Shown in pieces: positions 25,333-38,407 of a DNA stretch of 64,000 nt. Each line of letters starts with the position of its first letter. Position 1 is the first letter of the stretch. The DNA lies in assembly GCA_002189035.1 (NCBI GenBank), contig NEEC01000002.1, positions 2,108,001-2,172,000 on the forward strand, given 5' to 3'. This DNA comes from Utricularia gibba (taxonomy: Eukaryota > Plantae > Magnoliophyta). The notes beneath the pieces were generated by a model. It saw only the letters and a program-made list of their open reading frames with translations. It was not told the DNA's origin and did no database searches. The translations under genes and the position numbers were made by a program.

Positions 25333-26187
25333 GGATTAATCTCCCACCGGCGATGAATTCCTACAAAAATTCGCAACAATTCAAAACGGCTATCACAAGC
25401 GTGAAGCAGGGAGCCGTGAGAAACATCAGCATCTTCAACGCGCTTCGTTGACATTTCTCATTGATTAGATATTTTATTAAAATGAGTTTTTTTAGAAAAA
25501 AAATTGAGAAAATGGGTGATATAAGAAAATTAGGTGCGGGTCTTTCTAGTGGGCCGCAGGCCCGGCCCATTTTATTTAGAAATACTATATATACCACCCA
25601 TCTGTTCCATTTTTTTTTATCGGGTTAGTTTTCTACGTCCGCATGGTTTTAGGGAGTAATGTGTAGATTGTATGGTAGGGTTCTTGGCTGTAGGATCGTA
25701 GATGCATCAGGTAGGATCGTATGATGGATTTTCTTTCCAGCGAGTTCATGTTCTTCTTCTGTAAATGGCGATTCCTTCAATCATTGCAGTTCTTGCATTT
25801 CATTTCTATTTCGTGATACCGTGTGTGCGATCATTTGTTGATTCAAATACTTTCTGAGGTCCTTGCAATGGGAATGGAAACATAATGATGTTTTAATTTA
25901 CGATTTTTTTGATGTGCGGCTTGTAGTCCTAAATTCGTTGTATTTGATCCGGAAGGGATCCCTCATCTTTGTAGGAATCAAGAAGCCCATCTTCATTCCA
26001 TCAAAACATCACTCTCATGAACCTTTTTCAAGTTGCTAGCTTTGAATATGTATTCATTAGGTAATTACAAAATGTCAGTCGCAGGAATCTGTCATCATTT
26101 TGCCAGTCTTAATCAGTTATTGATTCAAGTTATTAAACAGATACTTTTGACAAAAATTTCGTATGCAAGGTTGTATGTATCCGTTAA

Positions 26188-26690
26188 TTAATTGCAGCAT
26201 CAATCTCTTATAGTCACGTGCAAGGTCGTGGTGTTTATGTGTGAAGTTATCGCAGCATCACTCTTTTGATCCTTATCTTCATATTCAAGGAGACGACCTC
26301 TATATCTGCATTGATAGCTATGAAATTGTTTATTCACTAAGTTATAGCATAATCACTCTTGTGATCCTATGTCCTCATTTCATTAATGTAGAGTTCGTTT
26401 ATTTGTGAACTGATTGCAGTGGATTACCTTTAAGATCCTTCATGGGTTACTCTCGTTATTCTTTATGGCTTAACCATCATATTGTATCTTGTCCACATCA
26501 TGACACTGTAAGTTAGTTATGCTTCGTATTTTATCCAGTAAGTTATTGCAACGTATCACTTCCGTGATTATGGCTATGGCACCCTTATTTTTTCATCATC
26601 TACATGTCATTCAGTTACTGCATCTGATTACTCATGTTCCTTAATCTCGCTGCTATATGAAGTCATTGCAGCTGATCGCTCTCCTGGCCC
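26188..26690 (+). repeat. Degenerate dispersed/tandem array of ~7 copies of a ~30-bp motif (approx. GAAGTTATTGCAGCNNATCACTCTTNTGATCCT)
   Basis: Copies begin near 26188, 26243, 26339, 26406, 26540, 26613 and 26658, with irregular spacing of ~45-135 bp. Confidence 0.6.
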
Positions 26691-27637
26691 TTTATTGTCA
26701 TGGCCATTCATGCTTATCCTCCCTGACATTACGCAAGTTACCAGCCTCTTCTCTCCCTGTTTGTTTAGTATCTCCCTCGAACCCCTTGAAAGGCCATTAG
26801 ACAACCGGAAGCCTTCAGGCTTTTACACCATTGTTCTTGATGGAATGAATGGCTGTTGTTGGTGATTTTCTGTCATCTTTTACACCATTGTTTGAAGCTG
26901 TGTTTGCAGGAGTATCCATCCATCCATCCTCCCAACATTGAGTTCCAAACTGGGCCATTGATCATGATTGCTTGTTTTCTGAGATTCAAGTGCCATGGGC
27001 TCCTTATTCGGCCCATGACCATCTCGCGCCGTGTGGTTACCCAAATTCAACCTGTTTTTTGCATGGGTGAGATATTCTATTGGAGGTAACGGTCCCAAGT
27101 TTCTTTTCTTTTGAATGAGCGAGCGCAAACAAACGCGTACGGCTCAAAGCATTGAATAGGTGTGTAGAAAAAAGCTATATATTTTATCCACATTAATGTC
27201 CTTGTGTGCGTTTCGTTTGGTTTGGTTTCGATTGGTTGTACAATGGGAACCACTCACAGGAAAATTTGGATGTCTAATCTACAAGTACTCCCGAAGCAAA
27301 TAATTGATATAATACAACATAAAATCAAGTGGGTAAAAAAAAGTGACAATAGATTCAATGTCACCACCTTCTTTTTTATTCCATTTTTTGGAAGCATCAT
27401 GGCCAACTTTAATTAATAATCAATATTCATCATCATATAGTTGGTTGGGTAGAGCATTAATAGAATCTTTTTCCCCATCAGTGAATAATAAATGGCGCAT
27501 CACTGCAGGGCGTCACAAATTCAAATTTGGCACCAGATGATTTACTCTTTTAGTTTGTGGAATATCGCCTTCGAAATTGTTATTATTATTATTATTATTT
27601 AATGATGATGACGTTGATAATTAAATAATTAAATAAA

Positions 27638-27646
27638 ACACGTGGC
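27638..27646 (+). promoter_or_regulatory. ABRE/G-box ACACGTGGC upstream of the RLCK gene
   Basis: Exact match to the strong ABRE consensus, at the edge of a GC-richer promoter block. Confidence 0.4.
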
Positions 27647-28573
27647 GGAATGTGTTGATGGAAGGGGTGGATGGGACCCAGTTGAAAAATAGGGAGATTT
27701 GGACGGAAAGGGCGTTGAAAACACGGGAACCTGACGCACAGCCAGCCTTTTTTTATTTTATTTTATTTTAAATTTAATCCGCTGATTAATGGCAGCAAAT
27801 AATTTTCGGAAATCGAAAATAAATATATATATTGTAAAAGAATTTTCATTCAACGAGGGTGAAGTGAAGTGAACTGACTGGTTTCACCTACCACCCGCTC
27901 TCTCTGGAATTGGTGGCTACTGCTTGCTACGGGTGGTAAGGTGAGGGGATCAGGGAGGCGGAGGGTAATTCGGTACATTCATGTGAGCTAGCTGTGAATG
28001 AGAGGGACCGCCGTGTACTCGTCTGAACGCTTTTATTTGCTCTGCGAAGAGCCCAGCCCCACGATACCCCTCCCACAATCAGTTACACTCCGATGCCGAA
28101 AAGTGTACCGGGAAACTAAATTCTTGTTCGTCGTTAGCGTGGGGGTGAGTGAATAGGAAGGAATTGGGGCTGCTTTGAGTGGGATTACGGATTGTTGAGC
28201 TTAGTTAGGTACGAATGAGAGAAAAAGTGTTGAGTTTCGTGCTTGCGGTGCGGATGTGGGTAGCTTAAATCTCGTCCCCTTTCTTCCTTATTGTTTTTCT
28301 TTCACTGGAGAGAATAGCAGTAATCCCTGTCTGTTATCGATTCGCTATTGTGGGTTAGTGTGGTTCGGATCTGTGCGAGATTCTTGAATTGTTGAGATCT
28401 ATGAAGTGGGCAACGCGGGCATTCACAATTGCGTATTTTTCTGTATGCCGTGGGTTTGAATTTCAGATGAGAGTTGCGGAAGGAAGAGTTCCTTAGTGTT
28501 GTTATCTATCGATTATTTTCAGTTACTTGTGTTGGGATTTTTTAAAGGACGGGCTTTGGTTCAATTTGTAGAA

Positions 28574-30749
28574 ATGGCTTGCTTTTCTTGTTGCATTAAA
28601 CCTCAGACTGAGGATTGCAATGAAGAACCAGACGCAAAAACGCTTCCCAGTTCAGGTTACTTCAACTTTTCTTGCTTTCCCATCTTCATCTCAAAGAATG
28701 GACCTTTTTTTGTTGTTTTGCTTCATTTATTGCATTGATTGGTGTTGCAGGAGGTGGGAAACGAAATGGGTATGCCAATGGTAATGGTAAGATGATAAAT
28801 GCAGCTTAGTGTTCTTTGGATTTCAATTATTGTACGGGTGAGATAGTCGCTGAGTTTTTCTTTTCCTGAATCCATTAGAAACGATGAAAAAAGGAGGTAT
28901 TGGGATTGCAAAAGTCAAGGAAACTGGGAAATCTGCTCGCAGCTTCACGTTCCGGGAATTGGCACAAGCTACTCAGAACTTCAGGGAGGCCAATCTCATC
29001 GGTGAAGGAGGTTTTGGTAGTGTTTACAAAGGTCGCCTTGATTCTGGCATGGTAAGCTTTCATTTTTCATTCAGTAATTACTTAATCAATCACTTGTGGA
29101 TTGCAGGTTTATATACTAATTATGGGTTCAAGGCGTCCCTTATCCCCCTTCCATTTATGTATTTTTTCTAGGTTTTTTGACGTATAATTATTTATAGTTA
29201 ATAATATCAATGGTTCTGTGCCCAAACCGTGTCGGTGTCGGCCACCGGAAACGGAGGGTTGAATTTCAGAGCAGACCCTGAGAGAGTGAGAGACCTTTTC
29301 CATTTTCAGTGTCTTATAGGGCCCACCACATTTCTAAATTTTTATTCTATTTTTAGTATTATTCCAAGTTCTAGTTTTGTTTAAGCTGCTCTAGGGGTGA
29401 ACTTAGTTGATCATGGATTAGAAGAAGAATTTTTAGTGAACTTCAAAACGCTGTATGTCAATGATTTTAGATGCTTCATGTTGCCTCACTGGTTAGCTGT
29501 CTTGATCAGGTTGTTGCTGTGAAGCAGCTTAACCATGAAGGGCTTCAAGGCAACCAAGAGTTCATTGTGGAGGTTCTCATGCTAAGTTTACTGCACCATC
29601 CCAACCTTGTGAACTTGATCGGTTATTGTGCGGATGGGGATCAGAGACTCCTTGTTTATGAGTTCATGCAGATGGGAAGCCTGGAGAATCATCTTTTTGG
29701 TAATTCATCATGTGTTGTTTTTTGAGTTTGCATATGAAGAGCATACTGCTTGCCTTTGGCTACCTTCTCTTTTATCATCTGTAGCAGTACTTAGATTTTG
29801 TTGAGAACTTCACTTTCTCTAAGCCGATTACCCTGAAGCTTTAGTCGATGAAATTGAATCCTTTATTTTCTTTGTGGCTCAAGACTCCTCAGGGAATGTT
29901 TGGCTACTTAAGTTGTGATGCTCTGAAGCTGGGTTGGGGAATGCATATCTCAGCTGCTAATGGTTTTACTTTTGTGTGTTGCTCAAGATATGCAGCCCAG
30001 TCAAAAGCCACTGCGTTGGAGCACTAGACTGAAGATTGCTGTAGGCACAGCCCGTGGACTTGAATATCTTCACTGCAAGGCCAATCCACCTGTTATTTAC
30101 CGTGATCTCAAGTCTTCAAACATATTGTTGGACAGCGAGTTCAATGTGAAGTTGTCTGATTTCGGGCTCGCGAAGCTCGGGCCGGTCGGAGACAACACTC
30201 ATGTCTCAACCCGAGTGATGGGTACCTACGGCTACTGTGCCCCAGAATACGCCATGAGTGGGAAACTCACTCTGAAATCTGATATATACAGCTTCGGTGT
30301 GGTTCTACTGGAACTGATCACCGGGCGTAAGGCCATCGACACGGACAAGGTTGCCGGAGAACAGAATCTCATTGCCTGGGTACGTTTGCATCCTTTGTGG
30401 CTACTGTTTCCGGCTCGAAATCTGCTGACACCAATTGATGATCAAACAGGCTCGTCCCTTCCTGAAGGACCGTCGGAAGTTCGTGCAGATAGTTGACCCT
30501 CTTCTAGAAGCGCGTTTCTCCACCCGCAGTCTGCACCACGCGATCGCCATAGCAGCGATGTGTCTGCAGGAACAGGCCAGTTTTCGTCCCCTCATCAGTG
30601 ACATCGTTTTGGCCCTCGAGTTCTTATCTTCTCAAGCTGAGGAGTCTGCCAGAGGCCGATCACACAGCCGTACGTCATCGTCCCCGTCTCAGCTCGACGT
30701 GAAACCCAACTCCGTGAGGCTCTCCACCGATGCAACTGCTGCACAATGA
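28574..30749 (+). CDS. Receptor-like cytoplasmic kinase, RLCK-VII (PBL21/PBL22-like), 6 exons, intact
   Basis: [73 protein letters not shown]. No transmembrane or ectodomain; N-terminal MACFSCC. Confidence 0.92.
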
Positions 30750-31132
30750 ACAAGCTTTGGGTCATGGAGCTGATGCAGGAATGGGAGATGTTGATCGTTA
30801 GGTAGGTATCTATGATGTAGCGGAAACACACACACAAAAAAAAGATGTTCTTTCTTAGCCAAGGATTGTAAATAGATGCTGGAACTCAGTTTCATTTGTT
30901 CAGAGACTTGGAGAGGTCACTTATTGCTTATTCCTTGAGAGCTACCAAACAACAGACAAGAACAAGATGGTAAAAGAAATGATTCAGAACAAATCTTGCA
31001 GCTCAGCATTACGCTAGCCGGGGGGTTTCGGCTGATGTACCAACCGAAAAAAGAAGACAAGAGTGGAGAGAAAAACAAGTAGACAACGAGGGACTCGAGG
31101 CACATTCACTGACTGAGTCTGGTGATTCAGAA

Positions 31133-33727
31133 TCAGATATCTAGTTGTTCAAGGCATCTGACCACGGTATTCACATCGGAATCCGAAGAATCGCTGTCCA
31201 CCTCATCCACCAGTCTCGGAAGTGGAAGGTTGGAAGAAGATGAATGTTGATCGTCCCGTCGGCAAGGGGGGGCTGGGAACACTGGAACCACAGGTCTGCT
31301 GATGGCTTTTACTGATGGATGGCACTGGATTACTTGAGGTGAGTTTGGAGCCGGTCGCGGCGGCGCTGAGTAGACTGGTATTGACGTCCTTATTGTCACC
31401 GGTGGAGCGATTCCCTGGTAAGAAGGCTGCATACAGTGCTTCAACGGGGCAAAAGGAGCTGCCCCAACTCCATACCTGGAACTACTGGTTGCACAGGTCT
31501 CCGGTGTGGATCGGTAGTTGGAGGGGGATGACCGGTTTTGAGATGGAGCCCGCTGATAAAATAATGGCAGCATTTTGGATGTTGACACCACGGGGCGCTG
31601 CGGGCTCAACGGGCGAGGCCCAGATGATGGAAACTTCGGCTGAACTGATGAAGAGGGCGACAGATTCGGCAAAGTGCTGGAGGTGATCGTCTCAAGCTTC
31701 CCTTTTAGACGATAGTTCTGCAATGCCCTGGCTATCCTAATCTGCTCCTGCTCATCACTGTTCACGTGTTCGCTTGCAGACCCTGCGTCCTGCTGAGCCA
31801 CTGATCAAAGTGAAAACCATCAGGTGAATCAAGCACATCGGATCAGTGAAAATGTAAGATGACGCAAGAGGAAGTTTCAAGTACATTGCTTTAGGGACAA
31901 CCAAGCAGCAAGAGCAGCATTCTTCTCAGCTTGCTTCTTGTTCTTTGCTGGTTCCCCTCGAAATGTAATTCCCGCCAGTTCAACGGTCCCCGTGAACACA
32001 GGTAGATGACTTAAACCGGACCGAAAAGTTGTGTAGTACGGCAAAGGAGAGCCAACCCTCTGAGCAACCTCTTGCAAAAGGTTCTTGTAAACCCCTGTTT
32101 CATCCTGAAAACACAGGCCCCCACATGCACGAAAAAACAAATTCCATGAATAAACAGAAATCCAATATTCAAAATGGGAACATGAAGCGAAGCAGTTGAA
32201 AATAATAAATACAACGATCTCATAAAGACTCCAAGGAGGGGGACAGGCACATGAATGCAGCAGCAGCACCACCAAGCTGTGGATAAGCATAATAAATGAA
32301 AGAAGACAAGACTACCAGTAACACCTCTTTTGCTCTAAAGTTTACTTTTACCATACGGTAATTAATACAATAATAACCTTCATAAAGATAAGGTAACAGA
32401 GCAGCCATGCAGCGGGCCCTTACAAGGATACATAAACAAATTACAAGAGGGGGAGAAAAAGAAAATCAGTATCAATGAGAAATGAAGATAAAAGATGCTG
32501 GCATCATTTGATGCGTCAGGCTCCTTTCATGCATTTAATTGAAAAATAAAGAGAGTCAACAATTTCAGCCATCCATCTCTGTCATTCCATCAAAATCATA
32601 CAACTAACTCGATAAATGTATGTAATTTTGACTGGAAACATTTTCCAGTAGATCTCACACGGTTTCAAGTTCCAGAAGGTCTAATATGAACCAGCTTGCT
32701 TGCGTAATTATCAAGTATTAGGTAGCAGCATGACCCTCCATTTTCCAAACACTTGACCCAGGGAACCAACTTCCAAGAATAGGCTTCTTCTGCAAAGTTT
32801 ACATAACTAAACTAGCCTACAGATGTGCATCAATGCAAATCCAGTTCCAGTACTATACTAAGCCCCCATGAACTTGAACAAAAGTTCGGAAATCACAAGC
32901 AAACATGGAAATGAAATCTGTAAACTAGGAAGACCACCTCAGTGAAACTGAAGAAATTAAGTGGTAAGAGATTCAAAAAGTTTAGCACTGAGAAAAAGGT
33001 GGTGGTGGGAAGGTGCCATAATCAATGCTCAGACTATCAATCTTGTCATCACCCTCCATTAACAGCTGTTCTAGGGCCTCCTTGCATTAAATGGCGGGGT
33101 ATTTTCGCCATTCAACTTTTCATTCCACCACCACCAAGAACAAGGATGAAAATGAGGCTGTTTGTTCTTGAATCTGGAAAGTTCGCAAGACATTTTGATA
33201 CCCAAACTTTACAGATGTGAGGGGTTGTTTTTTGTCACATCACGACTTAGATGCGTTGAAGTTAGGTTCATTCTCGCGAACGCAACCAACGGCGGCCGGA
33301 GAAAGCAACAGCTTTCCGACCAGCGGCACACACAGTCAAAAGGACTTCAAATTATAGGATCGTGAAAATCAGGATGCTATAAACAAGTTTCTTTTTAGGC
33401 AGGGTGTGAAATAGGAAGCAAATGAATACGAATTTTACCAAATAAAAATTAAACACGATGGCGCCGGAAAACAGAACTTACGAGGATGCGAGCGGCGAGG
33501 GACTGAGAAACCCCCCGCGAAGAGAGTGAAGCGAGAGCCGCCTCAGCGGCAGAGTGCTCAGCCTGGCGGAGTGTAGAGCAGTACTGAGGGCTCTCGAAAT
33601 TCTCGCCATTGAAATTGACAACCGCCTTGAACCGCGGCGCGTGATCGGGACCTTCCCTCACGCAGGTGTACGATGGTAGATTGAAGCAGCTTCGCTGCGC
33701 CAGCTCCTGAAGCTGGTTCTTGTACAT
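31133..33727 (-). CDS. DRB2: Double-stranded RNA-binding protein 2 (two dsRBDs plus Pro/Ser-rich tail), 3 exons
   Basis: MYKNQLQELAQRSCFNLPSYTCVREGPDHAPRFKA, DETGVYKNLLQEVAQRVG, AKNKKQAEKNAA and GIAPPVTIRT. Confidence 0.92.
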
Positions 33728-34723
33728 CGCTCCCTCAGCCTTCCTTTTTCCGATAGGGGGGAGAAATGTGGGTCGGGCCTTTATCCTATTCGGATCCGGA
33801 CCAAAACGGGCGGCCGATGCTATACAGTTTTGAGCGTCTGACTGAAGACCTGGGTGCTCAGAAAAAGGGATTCATGATTCGTTGCAGAAGGAAACCTGGA
33901 ACTGCAACTGGAAGGAGAAGAAACAAAGAGAAGAAGAAGGTAGGCACCTTTTGAACTCCATTCCTTTCATCCTTTTCTCCATATATAAACGCCATCTAAA
34001 TAAATCTCCACCCTTGATTTCTCTGCACCCTCACAATCTCCACCGTCGATTACAAATTTAATACTCCAATTTATTTTAATCCTCAAAATAATCTCTATTT
34101 TTTAATCACATTATTTTTAATAGTAACCTTTAATTACTCGCAAATTTTATTTCACATTTTTTTATTATTAAATTTATTTTTAAAATCCATAATTAATCGA
34201 AACCGGTGCGGGCAACCAACCACGGATTTGATTGGTGGCTTCTAACGCAAGTGAACCGGCGGTCCAAGTGGACCGATCCATGCATTTATGGCGGGGGAAC
34301 ATCTTTAGTGACGTCCACGTGTTTCATTTCTTGACCCGACGCGAATGTCCAAAATACCCCCGTGGGTCCATCAACAACCCCCCACGTAAGCGGTGCTCTG
34401 CATTTCTCAGATATCACATTTCCCACATAAAATCCAAAATTAATTTCATGCAAATTTAATGCCATTTATGAATTATCATTAAATAAAAAATTAATATACG
34501 ATGTATTTTATTCAATAAAAACTAGCGCCGTTGTAAATTCAGTATCATCGTTGAGATTTGATTATATAATTTTGGTATTATATATAACGATTTACTTATA
34601 TGATATTATTCATTTCGAACATATAATTTTCATGATTTTACGTATGTATACATTAATATGAAGGTGATGGATGTGGATTAAGGATGAATGATATGGATGT
34701 TCATAGGGGATAGCAGATGAGAA

Positions 34724-36783
34724 TCAGCCGGTGGCGTTCTCCCAAATTTCTTCCAGCTCCCTGGCGAAGTCCCTTTGTCTTCCCACGACGATGGTGATGT
34801 GGTCCTTGTTCTCCACGACACGGAGGCGAGCTCGTTCCACTCGAGATCGGAAGTTGTGGCTGCACTCCACCGGGATGAGGGAATCCTTCTTCCCATGGTA
34901 CAGTACGACGGGGCAGTTCAGCCGGGTGTTCACCTCATCCAGGTATCTCTCCATCCGAGCGCCGCCGCCGCACATGACGTTGTGCAGGGTGTGCCAAGCT
35001 GCGGTGTGGGTGTGCATGAAGAAGCCCTCTATCAGGTAAGTTCTCATCCTGCAACACCAACAAATGAACCCTCCAGATTGCAAAAACCAGATGAAAGTTT
35101 TGTGTGTTTTTTGTTAGTTTCTGAACAGGTTTAATTGTGGATGTCTTTTTTTTACCATAAGCACACCCAACTACAGGAGGAAGGCAGTGAGATTCCCTGA
35201 TGTGTTTATTTCGTTCCCTGACAGATAACTTGAAGTTGGTACCTGTTTCGCGTGAGGAGTTTGGCTAGAGATTCCCATACCCGGTGCTGCCTGCTGAGAA
35301 GAAGGCAAACTGTGCGGCTGACGTGCTCGTACCAGCAACCCAACGACGCCGCGAAGGCATACGCCGGCCAAATCCGCCGCGGCGCCACCCGCCGCATCAT
35401 GTACTGGGTAGCGTTTTCTCCTCTGGGCACCGGAAAACATGGCTGCCACATATCAAGCACACGAGTCACCGGACTGAACTCAACTGGAACCTCCCTCAGT
35501 TAAAAGGTTAAAGATGATGCAATTCCCAACCCCCACCCACCACATTCCTGAATCCTTCCCACTTACCTTGTCGCAAGTAAATAAGAATGAGAGCGATTCC
35601 TAGTGGGAATTTCGGGCACAGAGTCCCTTGTGTCTTTGTCCCTAGAGAGAGGAGGGCTCTGCTACACTATCACACTGAACAAATAATTCTATGGAGAAGG
35701 AGTAGATGACCACCCCCGTCATTATTCTCTTACTGACCCTGTGGTCATGTCCCATAAATGCCATTTCACTTTAAACGCAAACCCAAATCATTCACCACAC
35801 AGTCGCCATCACCCACAAACCATACCATACTGCTTTGATTGGCTATTGATGAGGAGTTTTGACATGAATGGGAATCGGGAACTCACCGGGGCGAGCAGGG
35901 TGAGTGACTTGACGCGGCCTGGGTGCTTGAGGGCTAGAGCCAGGGCGAGGATGCTGCCCAGAGAATGGGCGACAATGTGGAAGGACTTCACATCGTGGGC
36001 GCCGAGAACTGAGGATTCTATCATCTCTACGTGCTCTCTGAGCGTGTAGAGTGAGTCCTCTGGCTTGGGACTACGTCCGAACCCCAGCAGATCTACGGCA
36101 AAGAACCTGTATTTGGACTTTGCTTTCGGGGAGAAGTTTGGGTACAGCGTCTCTGTCCAGAAACCGGAGGAGGAGATGAATCCGTGGATGAAGAGAACAT
36201 CTTCTTCTGCACAGAAGAGAGTCTGTTTAAAAAAGTGCACAGTACTTTCACCGGTTATTTTGTATTTTATTTTACCTCCTCCACCGTGCCATCCATCTTG
36301 ACGAAGAGGGAGTCCTTGCAACAAGAAATGCATGCACTGCAGTCGCAATCGGACCACCGGGGACTCGACAGCTTCTGCTTCCCGACGATTCTCTGCTGCA
36401 GCATTTCCGAATTGACACTGTACATGGACCCGGAACGCCTCCGGGGGATTTCTTCAGGGCGAACTCCTCCATCACCGGGGGGCGCGTGAAAAGGGTATCC
36501 GAGATTTCGTCCAACTGCAGCTTACTCGACGTGAGCCGGAAAATCTTCGGCTCCGCTGCGTCGGAAACCAGGATCTCACCATTGCTCCACGTGACCGCCC
36601 CCTTAGCCGGGGAACAGTAACAAGGCTTGCACTCCGCATCCATCACCAAATCCGCCGCCTTGTAGAAGTAGCAGAGAAGAATGTCGAGAAGATCGAAGAA
36701 AGTGAAGACAATAAAGCTGAAGAAGGCATTCAGGAGCCCCCAGCCATCGCCGTCACCGACTTGGCTCGCTCCTTCAACTCCAT
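34724..36783 (-). CDS. BDG: BODYGUARD-like alpha/beta-hydrolase (cuticle), 4 exons; two apparent 1-bp frameshifts in exon 1
   Basis: LQLDEISDTLFTRP, PRWSDCDC, EDVLFIHGFISSSGFWTET, DLLGFGRSPKP, HIVAHSLGS, WYEHVSRTVCL, HTHTAAWHTLHN and DHITIVVGR. Confidence 0.88.
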
Positions 36784-38291
36784 ACTTCCAGCGAAGACGC
36801 ACAGAGAATGCAAACAGACGTATTTATAAGCCCAAGTTAATGAATCCCAACGCGTCCGATCGCTGCAACAGAAATTAGGTACGTAACATTAGTGGGAGTG
36901 AGGAGGAGCTCAGCGCAGGGGGTTGAAGACGCAGGAGGGAGGGGGGCGGGGGCGGAAGACCCATTTCGATTTTATTTACTATTTACGAAAAAATTAAAAA
37001 AAAGGTATATATTCCAAGTACATGAATTGAATGCCACATTGAAATGAGTCTGTCGGAGACCGCGCAAAATTTAAAGAAAATCAAAGGCGGAAGGTTGTTG
37101 GTTGTTGGACTTCAACTCCCGCAAAAAACTGAGAAAAAGATAACTTGTGGGTAGAAAATGTATTTATTTCAACTTCGTTTTTATATTTTTCCGTTATTGC
37201 ATTTCTAACCCTAATTTAATGACATACTACTTTTTATCCCTCACATTCTAAAGTAAGTATTATAAAAGTAGACACCCTATACTGTGTGAAAAAAGTGACC
37301 GCCGCATGTCTAAAAAATTAATCGTAACGTGTGAGAAATAAAACGAGGATAATGAAAATGATTATTTTTATTACAACAAATTTCTAAATCATTCCAATTT
37401 CATGTCACCTGAAAAAGAAAAAGAATATCTAAATAACCAACTGTTACATTCTACAATGGCAACTAGTTTAATAGCAACATAAGTATTTTTTATATTAAAT
37501 ATTAGTTAATAAATGATTATTTATCATATATTTAAAAATAAAAAAAATAAATATTATATTCTACTATTGTGAAATTAATAAAAATCATAAAATAGATGAG
37601 GTTGTGTTTTTTAGTATAAATGAGATGTTGAATAATAAATTTATTTGGATATAATCTATGATGAAATATATTATTATTTACCTAAAATATGATTAATTTG
37701 TAATATGTAATATAAAATAATATTTCATATTCTATCAAACAAGCTGCAGTCAATAGCCGTATTTCGATAATAATTATTAAGTAAATTAAATAATAGGGTA
37801 AATGGATATTATATATTTTAAAAGTAAAAACTATTTTCAATAATAAACCACAGCTTATTTATGATTTTAAATATAAATTTCTATTTCTATTTTTTGAGAA
37901 TTAGAATAAATTATCATATAAAAAATTATTGAAAATAAGAAATGGAATTGTGCACGATATAGTGTAATATGTGACTTAACGGATAGAGTTTAATTTTTAC
38001 ATGCCATAAAAAATTGTTTAATTTATTTTGAAAAAAAAAAGAAATTGCCAGCCAATCTGATGAATTTTATTCCAGAAAAAAAACTGCTGGCCAGAATCTG
38101 ATGTTGACATTTGAAGATACTGGCCAGAATTTGGCCAAATGTTTGTTTTGGGACAACAGATTCTTTTTTTTTTCATTGTTTTAAAAAATATAATATGCTA
38201 TAATTTAGGGAAAAAAAACTACTAATTTTGACACTACTGCATTCCCATTACTCCTGCTCATACTGATGGGCGACTTGTTTCCACCAAATGT

Positions 38292-38407
38292 ATTTGAAAC
38301 AGGTTTAGGGTTTAAGCTTTAGGATTTATTACATTTCCATTAATGTTCTTGCTTCCTGTGATGAGTGACTTTTTCCCCCAAATTTAAACTCTAAACCTGT
38401 TTCAAAT
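38292..38407. repeat. Inverted repeat with 24-bp arms (1 mismatch), 116 bp total
   Basis: ATTTGAAACAGGTTTAGGGTTTAA at 38292-38315 versus TTAAACTCTAAACCTGTTTCAAAT at 38384-38407. Confidence 0.85.

Noticed and set aside
26188-26440. Partial complementarity of the repeat motif (GCAGCATCA...GATCCT) to miR172, suggesting a target-mimic array
   Set aside because: Only the miRNA 3' half pairs in the best copies and the seed side has several mismatches; no single copy meets target or mimic rules.
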